This document shows, one piece after another, positions 8,169 through 15,939 of a DNA stretch of 64,000 nt. The stretch's first letter is position 1, and each line of letters begins with the position of its first letter. This stretch comes from a virus: IMG/VR virus record IMGVR_UViG_3300037475_000064. One strand, 5' to 3'. The translations under genes and the position numbers were made by a program. The notes beneath the pieces are model-generated. The model ran no database searches and was not told the origin of the DNA. It saw only the letters and a program-made list of their open reading frames with translations.

Positions 8169-9086
8169 TTAATCAATTTCCAAGTCGCGAGACGGGAGCA
8201 GGGTTGGCTCAGACACGTTGCCGTCCGTGTCCCGGCAGATATCGTCCGGGTACGCGGGGGCGAGGTCGAGAGCCCGGCCCGAGGTGTCCGCCGGGGCCTG
8301 TACCTCGGCAGCGTCGTCGAGGTCTAGGAAGGCGGTACGCGCGGCGGCCAGCTTGTTGATGACCGAAGCATCGACTTCGATGGCGGCCTGTTCACCGGCC
8401 TCGACGATATCCTTGGCGACCTTGCGGACCGCGTTGACGGCGTCGGCGATGCGTTCCTTGGCTTCGTCGCTCAGCATGTTGCCGATCTTCTTGGCGCGCT
8501 GGGCAGCGTCGCGGACGCGCTCCACGTCGAGGGCTTCAATGCCTTCCTGCATCTCCGAGATCAGATCACGGACTTCGCCGTTGATGGCACGGACCGCTTG
8601 GAGATCATCCGGCGCGATGCGACCCGCCAGCGCGTTGAACTTCAAACGCGTGGTCTTCGCGGTCGCGTTGAAGTCAGAGACCAGCTTACGCGCCTTGACA
8701 TAAGCCTCTTCGAGCTTCTCGCGGTCGGCCTCGGGACAGAGCAGCCCGTGCTCGGTCGCCGCACAGACGCCGACGATGAGGCTGCGCGCCTTCGAGCGTA
8801 TCTCGGTCGCGAGCTTCTGCTCTTTCGGGTCCTTGACGGTCCGCTCGGTTTCCCAGTCGGTATACTCCGAACCGTCCTCGCGGATGTAGCTCTCGCCCTC
8901 GGTCTTGAGGTACTTCACGTTGCCCTTGATGCTCGTGCTGACGTGCACGAGCAAGCCGGGGACAAGGGTTGAGATTTTGATCGGGCTGTTCGGCGTCGCG
9001 GGAGCGAGCCGAGCGACTTCACGCTCGAAGTCGCGCTTCTGTTTCGGGGTAGCCTTACGTCTCTTCGCGGGTTTCTTGGTAGGCAT
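8169..9086 (-). CDS. hypothetical protein, basic N-terminus, helical, acidic C-terminus
   Basis: 305-aa ORF downstream of the AAA+ ATPase. Confidence 0.6.
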   Translation of the reverse strand: MPTKKPAKRRKATPKQKRDFEREVARLAPATPNSPIKISTLVPGLLVHVSTSIKGNVKYLKTEGESYIREDGSEYTDWETERTVKDPKEQKLATEIRSKARSLIVGVCAATEHGLLCPEADREKLEEAYVKARKLVSDFNATAKTTRLKFNALAGRIAPDDLQAVRAINGEVRDLISEMQEGIEALDVERVRDAAQRAKKIGNMLSDEAKERIADAVNAVRKVAKDIVEAGEQAAIEVDASVINKLAAARTAFLDLDDAAEVQAPADTSGRALDLAPAYPDDICRDTDGNVSEPTLLPSRDLEID

Positions 9087-9197
9087 GACTTTAGGTCCTT
9101 CGTTGCTGTTGACCCGGACACCTCCGGGGTTGTCCCGTATGTAGTCGAGCCCCTCGGGATTGTCACGGACAAACCCGAGGGATAGTTAACGGACCGT

Positions 9198-10811
9198 TTA
9201 CAGGTCCAGCTTGCGGCCCTTGGTGCCCTTGGCGTCGGCCTTAGCGGCTGCCGTGGCCGGGCGAGCGTTGACCGCGCCCCACTCCCGGATAACCTTGATG
9301 CGCGCCTCAGCGGTCTTCGCCATGGGCACCACTGCCGAGGCAGCGGTCAAGAGGTCTTCCGTCGTGATCTCGCGGGCGTCGTCGTTGAAGGCGACGTACA
9401 GCGAGGTCGGCACGAGTTCGGCGATCTCCGCGCCCGAGAACGTCTCGGTCGCGTCGGCGAGCTTCTCGAAGTCCACCTTGACATGAGCGCGCCCGTTGGC
9501 CTTGAGCGACGCCAGCAGAACCGACTTGCGCTCGTCATGGTTCGGGAGGTCAACGAAGAACACTTCGTCAAAGCGGCCCTTGCGGATCAACTCCGGGGGC
9601 AGCTTGGTCACGTCGTTCGAAGTGACGATGACGAACGCTTCGCTCTTGCGCTCTTGAAACCAGTTGAGCAGCGTGCCCAGTTGATCCGACGAGACGCCGC
9701 CGTCAGCCGAGTTGCCGTCCGAACCCTGTAGCGCCTTTTCGATCTCGTCAATCCAGACGATGCAGCGGCCCAGAGCTTCGATGACCTTGAGCGCCTTACG
9801 GACGTTGCCTTCACTGTCGCCGACGAACTTGCCCTTGAGCGCGCCCGGGTCGAGCCTGAGCAGCGGCACGCCCCAAGCAGTCGGGATGCACTTCGCCGCA
9901 AGCGACTTGCCGCAGCCCGGGATGCCGGTCAGCACGGCACCCTTCGGAGCCGGGAGGCCGTACTCACGAGCCTTCGCGCTGTAGGCGTTCTTGCGCGGAG
10001 CCAGCCACGTCTTGAAGTTCTCCAGCCCGCCGACCGCGTCGAGGCCGCCGGACACCGGCTCAATCCATTCCAGCACGCGCTCGCGGCTGATGACGCGCTT
10101 CTTCTCCGATGACACGATTGTCGGGTCGATCTTCTTCGTCTGCACGAGCGACTTGGCGTAGCAGGACGCAGCTTCCTCGGCGGTCAGGCCGACAGCGGCG
10201 TCAATGGCGAGGTCGCGCGTTCCGTTCGGCGCGGCGTCGGCCTTGAGGTCATCCGGCAGACTGTCAATGGCAGTCTGCAACACCTTCTCGATTTCCGAGC
10301 GGTCCGGGAGCGGGAAGTCGATGACGGTCGCGTGGCCCGCGAGATCGTCCTGCACGGTCGCTTGCGTGGTCAGGATGATGATGGCTTGCGCGCTCTTGCG
10401 GCCAACGCTCGGCAGATACTTCGCGAGGTTGCGAAGCTGACGGCGGGGAGCCGCACCGGGCGTCCCTTCGAGCCATGTCGAGAGATCGCGGAATACCCAC
10501 AACTGACGCTCGCCCTTCTCGCCCTTCTCTGCTTCCGCGCGGACGAAACCGAACGCGGCAACCGGGTCTTGCGCGTCACGAAATTGACTGGAGGGCTTGC
10601 CGTCGAGCGTGGTGACGCCCTGCGCGATGTCCCAGAACAAAATCTTGTACCCGGCACTGGCAGCGGCCTCGGCAAGGAAGCCTTCAACGCGGGCCTCTTC
10701 ACGAGAGATCACTTGGATGAGCGGGTTGCGAGCGCGGAGCAATGAAGAGATGTCCGTCGCCGTCTTCTGGCCCTTAGAAACCGGGGCCTCGGTCTTGGTC
10801 TTCGCGGTCAT
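9198..10811 (-). CDS. classical-clade AAA+ ATPase
   Basis: Walker A GIPGCGKS, Walker B IVWIDEIE, second region of homology TSNDVTKLPPELIRKGRFDE; ATG at 10811 chosen over the TTG at 10886. Confidence 0.85.
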   Translation of the reverse strand: MTAKTKTEAPVSKGQKTATDISSLLRARNPLIQVISREEARVEGFLAEAAASAGYKILFWDIAQGVTTLDGKPSSQFRDAQDPVAAFGFVRAEAEKGEKGERQLWVFRDLSTWLEGTPGAAPRRQLRNLAKYLPSVGRKSAQAIIILTTQATVQDDLAGHATVIDFPLPDRSEIEKVLQTAIDSLPDDLKADAAPNGTRDLAIDAAVGLTAEEAASCYAKSLVQTKKIDPTIVSSEKKRVISRERVLEWIEPVSGGLDAVGGLENFKTWLAPRKNAYSAKAREYGLPAPKGAVLTGIPGCGKSLAAKCIPTAWGVPLLRLDPGALKGKFVGDSEGNVRKALKVIEALGRCIVWIDEIEKALQGSDGNSADGGVSSDQLGTLLNWFQERKSEAFVIVTSNDVTKLPPELIRKGRFDEVFFVDLPNHDERKSVLLASLKANGRAHVKVDFEKLADATETFSGAEIAELVPTSLYVAFNDDAREITTEDLLTAASAVVPMAKTAEARIKVIREWGAVNARPATAAAKADAKGTKGRKLDL

Positions 10812-11103
10812 AGTGCGTTCCGTTGCTGTTGAGACGGGGTCCTGCCCCGACCCGCACAACCTAGCCTTCGTCCCGGACGAACGCAAGAGCGCAATACGCG
10901 AGTGGTTAACGGAGGGTAAACGAACGGCCCGGCGAGCGTTAGCTCAGCCGAGCCGGTCATTCTCTCGACGGCCTCCGGTTAGGAACCGCCGCGTCTACAG
11001 CGCCCTTAGACGGGGAATGCGCGAAGGCACACGAGCCGACCCGCAGGACGCCTGCTTGGTAGGAGCCGACCGACGAAGCCGACCGCGAACGCCCGGCTCG
11101 GGC

Positions 11104-11829
11104 CTAGCTCTTGAAGTCGGCAGTGCGGGTCCGGTAGTTGCGGACGCGCTCCGCCGCCGTGATTGCTTGCTCGGGGATTTTGAAAACCTCGGGCATCTCG
11201 TTGCCGCCGACCTTGTGCCAGATGACACCGCGCTCGGAGGTCTCACGGTATTCGCCGTGATACTGCGGACGCTCGCCGCCGAGGAATTTCACCGGCTGCG
11301 CTGGCACGGCGCGCAAGCCATCCCATTGCTTGCCGATGAACGTCATCGCGCCGACCGGCGTCTCGCCCCCGCTGAAGAGCGTGCGGGCTTCCTTGTAGAG
11401 AGCCTCGGGGTCCCCGCGAGCTTCGCGCGAAGCGTTGAGCGCTGCCCAGAACTTCACGAAGGGAGGTTGGTCAATACCGGGTTGGATACGATCCATGTGG
11501 GTCGGATGGTAGGGACGCTCCGCCCCTGATGCGAGTGCACCGAAGATGACCATGTCGGCCAGAGCTTCGGCTGTTCTCTGCGCTGCCGTCTTCGGCTTGC
11601 CGCCGATGATGTCAGCAATGACGCTATCGACCACGTCGTCAAAGATAGTGCGCTTCGGCTTACCACTGGCATGAGCCGCGCGTTCGCGCTGTCGGGCTTC
11701 GACGCGCTCGCCGTGGAAACGCTGCGTCTCCCGGTCGTGATCATGATGCCGACCAGCAAAGATTGCATCGTCTCTGCGAGCGGCGTGAGGGTTCTCGTTG
11801 ATCTCTTTGATTTGTTCAAGGCCACGCAT
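11104..11829 (-). CDS. hypothetical protein
   Basis: ATG at 11829 (MRGLEQIKE...) preceded by GGAGA at 9 nt. Confidence 0.55.
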   Translation of the reverse strand: MRGLEQIKEINENPHAARRDDAIFAGRHHDHDRETQRFHGERVEARQRERAAHASGKPKRTIFDDVVDSVIADIIGGKPKTAAQRTAEALADMVIFGALASGAERPYHPTHMDRIQPGIDQPPFVKFWAALNASREARGDPEALYKEARTLFSGGETPVGAMTFIGKQWDGLRAVPAQPVKFLGGERPQYHGEYRETSERGVIWHKVGGNEMPEVFKIPEQAITAAERVRNYRTRTADFKS

Positions 11830-11875
11830 TGTGGGGGTCTCCATTGAGAGGGGATAAACTTCATTCGCGAGATCG

Positions 11876-11904
11876 TCGTTACGCCTCCAGCAAATCGCCG
11901 TCAA
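11876..11904 (-). promoter_or_regulatory. sigma70-like promoter (TTGACG-17-TAACGA)
   Basis: Read on the minus strand upstream of the 11829 start. Confidence 0.4.
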
Positions 11905-11915
11905 GCGGAATTTTT

Positions 11916-12212
11916 CTAGTGGTTAATACTTTCCCACGTTCGCGCATCCGGGTCACGGTCGAACCGTTCGACGATATCGCCGGGGTTGACTGCGATAGCA
12001 ACCCACTGATCTTTGCTCACGAAGAGCACGGCCTTCGCAGCGCGCAGTGCGTTCGTCGTGTCGTTATTCGCAGCGTCGAACATATTGGTGACAGCACGCC
12101 ACTCGCCCAAAAACTGCATCATGTATTTACTGTCGGGTCCGCTCAGTACCATCGGCCCGGCCAATGCTGGAAACGCCCAAAAGCCTTGTGCATGAAACGG
12201 GCGTAGCGCCAC
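11916..12212 (-). CDS. hypothetical protein
   Basis: 98-aa ORF. Confidence 0.5.
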   Translation of the reverse strand: MALRPFHAQGFWAFPALAGPMVLSGPDSKYMMQFLGEWRAVTNMFDAANNDTTNALRAAKAVLFVSKDQWVAIAVNPGDIVERFDRDPDARTWESINH

Positions 12213-12291
12213 GTCGCGCGCAGTCGGCCCCAGAACGTAGTCTCGACGAGGATAGCACTGTGAAGTCTTGCTTCTGTCGCGTATGGCTCCC

Positions 12292-12549
12292 TCATTTTAG
12301 CACCGCCCTTCCGTTGACATATTTGTAGTCGCTCGCCGGTCGCCCGCTGATCTTCGAGGCCCGGTCGATAGCACGCGCGACGGGACCCATGGCTTCGCGC
12401 TCTCGCCCGGCTTTCGTCAGCTTCTCGCTGTTCTTGTGCATGTGGCCGCGCTCGCGCAGGATGCCTATGGCCTCGCTGCGCGCATCGGGGACCTTGTCGG
12501 CGGACAACTGCCGCGTGAGCCGTGTGAGAAGAGGTAGATGCTTTGCCAT
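12292..12549 (-). CDS. hypothetical protein
   Basis: 85-aa ORF. Confidence 0.5.
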   Translation of the reverse strand: MAKHLPLLTRLTRQLSADKVPDARSEAIGILRERGHMHKNSEKLTKAGREREAMGPVARAIDRASKISGRPASDYKYVNGRAVLK

Positions 12550-12552
12550 GGT

Positions 12553-12822
12553 TCACCTCAGATCGATCTCAAGCCATTTGTTAAACTGGGGGCCAAGATG
12601 GTTCGGCTCTCGGCCCTCGTCAATGCGCTCACGGATGATGCAGCTATCCCGCCCGAAGATAGTCAGCAATGCGGGCGGCGACTTCTCGGGAGCTTCCGAC
12701 ATCAGTTTGGTCAGGACTTCGACCACGCTCGTTTCCCATATGGGAGTGCCGTCCACTAGGACATTGAGCCGCCTGCTCAACGGGTACTCTGCGAGAATTG
12801 TTTTTAGCTGATCGGTGTTCAT
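12553..12822 (-). CDS. hypothetical protein
   Basis: 89-aa ORF with protein-like composition; its 5' 180 nt overlap the tail of 12644..13189. Confidence 0.5.
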   Translation of the reverse strand: MNTDQLKTILAEYPLSRRLNVLVDGTPIWETSVVEVLTKLMSEAPEKSPPALLTIFGRDSCIIRERIDEGREPNHLGPQFNKWLEIDLR

Positions 12823-13189
12823 CGGCGTAGGCCCTCAGTTGATCTTGCAGCTTGGTGTTGATCTTTCCGGTTTTCATGAACTCATCGCAGAACGCAGCGC
12901 GGATTTCTTGTATGCGCGGAGGCGCGCTGTCTCGGGGCGGGCGGCCTCGGCCCCTAGACGTGTCTCGGGCCAGCGCAATCACTGGCTTGCCCCAGCGCGC
13001 TAGCCGCTCCGCTCTCGCGGCTTGACGCAGCGCTCGGGCCGCCGCCTGCCCGGGCTTAGGCTTGGGCACGTGGACCGGCTGACTGACTGCCCGCTCAAGG
13101 TCCCAGCCGTGCTCCAGCCGCATGTAGGCGCAGGCGTAGCTTATCCCCGCCGCGCGTGGCCGACCGTCGAGTTCGGGATGCTTAGACAT
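12644..13189 (-). CDS. putative DNA-binding protein (HTH-like N-terminus); 3' end uncertain
   Basis: N-terminal GISYACAYMRLEHGWDLERAV resembles NUMOD/HTH-type modules; C-terminal ~59 aa overlap the next gene and look low quality. Confidence 0.45.
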   Translation of the reverse strand: MSKHPELDGRPRAAGISYACAYMRLEHGWDLERAVSQPVHVPKPKPGQAAARALRQAARAERLARWGKPVIALARDTSRGRGRPPRDSAPPRIQEIRAAFCDEFMKTGKINTKLQDQLRAYADEHRSAKNNSRRVPVEQAAQCPSGRHSHMGNERGRSPDQTDVGSSREVAARIADYLRAG

Positions 13190-14669
13190 TGGTCCTCATC
13201 AAGAGATCGCGCAATCCACGACCGCTAAGGTCATCGGCAACCGTGGTCTTCCCATCGACGAGCGACCAGTTGCGATCATCGACCGTTCCCGGAGTTCGAA
13301 GACGGACGATAGTGACAGGATGCCCCCACTTCTCAGTCCCGCGTTCTTCTCCCTGATTGACGTGAATTGCGTTTGGAGTAGACGAGAAAAAGATGATTGC
13401 ATGCGCTCGGCTATAATCTTTTCCTTCGCCGCCGACAGCCGGATGCCCGACAAGCACGACGGGTCGATCACTGTTTTGAAACTGTAGTCGGATGGCCTCG
13501 CGCTTCGCCGTGGGGACGCCACCGTGCATTTCGAGGAACGGGATGCGCTCTTTCTTGAGCCGCCTGCAAACGCGAACGATGTCTTCTCGGTAGCGGCACC
13601 AAACGATAGAGTTCTCAGGAAACGTTCCTGTGATCTCATCAACGAGAGCGTCGTAGATCGGAGCCTCCGGGTCGATATCGATAATTTTGTCGTCATCTTT
13701 CACATACCCGTTGAGGATTTGCTGGAGCTTCTGCACTCTGGCCCCGCTGTCCTTGGCGCTGACCATGTCGTCGCCGATCTCGACGAGATGTCTGGAGACC
13801 ATCTCCAGATACGCTCGCCGCTGGACTTCACTCATAACAATGATCCGCTCGGTCCGCAATAGCTCAGGCATGCCCTCTACGTCGTCCCGGGTCACGACGC
13901 TCGACCACTGTGCCATTTTTGCCTGTAGCTCGCCAAGGTTCTTGTAGCCCTTGATCTTCCTATAGGCCCGACGCTTGGCGCGGTACGGCGGCGCGTTCGG
14001 GTCAACTTCCCAATCCGCGTATCGAGTGGCGAACTTCTCATAGGCGGGACCCGCGAACTCGGGACCGAGCGTGAGGTCGCCGAGAATTTTATAGATGGAA
14101 TAGGCGCGCAGGGGCGAGTTCAAGATCGCGGTGCCCGTCTCGACCGTGATGTACTTGGCGACCTTGCCGAGATTGCGCGCGAGCCGCGTGCGCTTCGCTC
14201 CGGCGCGACCGAAGTGATGGGCCTCGGAGATCACCAGCATGATCTTGCCATTGCACGCTTTGCGAAAGCGGCGGATGGCTTTGATGCAGTCCATATGCTG
14301 GAGCGCTTCCATATTGACGGTCAGATAGCGGATGCCGTCACGGTAGGCTTCGAACTTCTCCAGCGCAGCGATGCGGTCCCAGTCGGCGCGCTTCGGCGTC
14401 TCCCATCCGAAAGCCATATACTCGTTGATCGGCCACGACCAGCGCGGAATTTCGTTGAGGACCCAGTTGAGGTGAATGCCGTTTGGCGCGAGTACGACGA
14501 CGCCTTCGATGTTGCCATTGGCAAACTGATACTCGGCCTTGTCGATGACGGCTTTGGATTTGCCGGTCCGCATGGTCCAGAGCAGCGCGCGGCACCTATC
14601 GTCGCGGTGCTCGTCGAACTCTTTCTCTTGGTGTGCCCACGGCTTCTTAGCGTCGGAAGGGGTTGTCAC
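13182..14669 (-). CDS. SNF2/DEAD-like superfamily 2 helicase
   Basis: Walker A RTGKSKA, DEAH-like VISEAHHF, C-terminal helicase motif VGGEGKDYS...IIFFS. Confidence 0.8.
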   Translation of the reverse strand: MTTPSDAKKPWAHQEKEFDEHRDDRCRALLWTMRTGKSKAVIDKAEYQFANGNIEGVVVLAPNGIHLNWVLNEIPRWSWPINEYMAFGWETPKRADWDRIAALEKFEAYRDGIRYLTVNMEALQHMDCIKAIRRFRKACNGKIMLVISEAHHFGRAGAKRTRLARNLGKVAKYITVETGTAILNSPLRAYSIYKILGDLTLGPEFAGPAYEKFATRYADWEVDPNAPPYRAKRRAYRKIKGYKNLGELQAKMAQWSSVVTRDDVEGMPELLRTERIIVMSEVQRRAYLEMVSRHLVEIGDDMVSAKDSGARVQKLQQILNGYVKDDDKIIDIDPEAPIYDALVDEITGTFPENSIVWCRYREDIVRVCRRLKKERIPFLEMHGGVPTAKREAIRLQFQNSDRPVVLVGHPAVGGEGKDYSRAHAIIFFSSTPNAIHVNQGEERGTEKWGHPVTIVRLRTPGTVDDRNWSLVDGKTTVADDLSGRGLRDLLMRTNV

Positions 14670-14871
14670 GGTCCGCCCTCGCCGTCTTCGAGCAGTCCGG
14701 GCACAGATGGTCCGTCCCGCTCATTGTCCAGCCTTCTTCACGAAGCTCGACCCAACACTCGCGAAAATTCGAAACGTCGGCCCCGTCAGCTTTCGAGAAC
14801 TCATGCTGCTCGTCAAAGCAGACATCGCACTGGAAAACCAACTGCCCCCTAGATGGCCGCTCGAATGACAT
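14647..14871 (-). CDS. zinc-ribbon protein (74 aa)
   Basis: ATG at 14871 overlaps upstream TAA; CDVC...CPDC cysteine pairs; only the last 74 codons of track ORF 14647..15324 accepted. Confidence 0.5.
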   Translation of the reverse strand: MSFERPSRGQLVFQCDVCFDEQHEFSKADGADVSNFRECWVELREEGWTMSGTDHLCPDCSKTARADRDNPFRR

Positions 14872-15701
14872 TAGGCGCGCTCCCTCACTTCGAACTTGCC
14901 GTGTTCCCAGCGCCACTGCGCTCTCGGAAACACGCCCTGCAAGTTGTCTCTGATCATGATGCCCTCTTCGTCGCGGACGCGGAGACGCCCGACGCCGCCC
15001 TTGACATCGACTTCGATGAGATCGGAGGGCTTGCCCATGTCGCTGCCGCCCTCGTGGTAGATGTGCACGGGGATGCCCCACTCGTGATTGATGTACTGGT
15101 ACGCGCCGTAAACCTCTTTCGAGTAGGCGGCATACTGCATCAGGAATTGTTTCTCGGCCTCGTGCGGGGACCATGGCGTGATCTCGATACCGAGCGGCTC
15201 CAGCCGATGGCCCCAGTCGTTGCGGCGGGCCTTGTCCATCAACTGAGCGCGCTCGTCTACAATGATGCGGCTGTCGAGTTCGTCCTGTATCGGCAGCATC
15301 GGGAGGTCTTTCCAGCCGAGCCACTCACGGATCACATCATTGATCGCGTGATCCCAGACGCGGTATTGCGGCATGTACTGCTTGACCGGGCGCGGGATGT
15401 CCACAAGGTACGCCTCGGGCGCATCGTGCATCAGGATTTGCAGACAGTCGAGCGCCGAGCCGCCGTGCTTGCCCATCCACGTCGCCAGCAGGCAACAGTG
15501 CTGCGCGACGGAATAGAAAAACTGCACGTGGCCGGAGTAGCGGCACTGATTGCTCAGCGCGTGCGCGATATCGATCACCGATAGCGCGTCCATTGTTGGG
15601 GCGAGCGGCCAGAACGCGCGACCCGTGTAGGTCTCGATAAACGTGGCCGCCTTGTACTGTGTGTCGGTCTTCATCAAGACCGCAGGTTCCGTGGGGGACA
15701 T
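14871..15701 (-). CDS. HD-domain phosphohydrolase (YfbR-like nucleotidase)
   Basis: IAHALSNQCRYSGH ... LMHDAPEAYLVDIP (H...HD...D pattern). Confidence 0.7.
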   Translation of the reverse strand: MSPTEPAVLMKTDTQYKAATFIETYTGRAFWPLAPTMDALSVIDIAHALSNQCRYSGHVQFFYSVAQHCCLLATWMGKHGGSALDCLQILMHDAPEAYLVDIPRPVKQYMPQYRVWDHAINDVIREWLGWKDLPMLPIQDELDSRIIVDERAQLMDKARRNDWGHRLEPLGIEITPWSPHEAEKQFLMQYAAYSKEVYGAYQYINHEWGIPVHIYHEGGSDMGKPSDLIEVDVKGGVGRLRVRDEEGIMIRDNLQGVFPRAQWRWEHGKFEVRERA

Positions 15702-15710
15702 TGATCTCTC

Positions 15711-15929
15711 CTATAAGCCTTCAAGTTTGTCGTATGCCCGCAAAATCCGATTTGCGTACTCATACGCCCCCGTTGCATCCAAGATCAGACTGCTCAGCAC
15801 TCCGAACTCGTTGTGGTGCTGGATACGCATCTCATTGTCGTCGATGCTGTAGCCAATAGTATATTCCGTCGCAGCGATATCATCGCTGATCTCGACAGCG
15901 GCGTCGTCTTCGTGCTCGATTTCTGCCAT
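15711..15929 (-). CDS. hypothetical acidic protein
   Basis: 72-aa ORF. Confidence 0.5.
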   Translation of the reverse strand: MAEIEHEDDAAVEISDDIAATEYTIGYSIDDNEMRIQHHNEFGVLSSLILDATGAYEYANRILRAYDKLEGL

Positions 15930-15939
15930 TTAGTCCCCC

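Noticed and set aside
10925-10990. tRNA-like TAGCTCAG box
   Set aside because: The flanks cannot form an acceptor stem, anticodon arm or T arm. The would-be D loop is only 4 nt.
10597-11529. 310-aa ORF on the plus strand
   Set aside because: It spans the AAA+ ATPase 5' end, an intergenic region and the next minus-strand gene. It has a TTG start and Arg/Ala-rich composition.
14872-15324. Upstream 151 codons of track ORF 14647..15324
   Set aside because: They overlap the HD-hydrolase gene in another frame and are Arg/Pro/Gly-rich. Only the terminal 74-aa zinc-ribbon ORF, with a coupled ATG, was kept.
6619-15701. Z-genome (2-aminoadenine) pathway suggested by the DUF5664-like and HD hydrolases
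   Set aside because: No PurZ-like adenylosuccinate-synthetase homologue is present in the window. These hydrolase families are widespread in phages with ordinary DNA.
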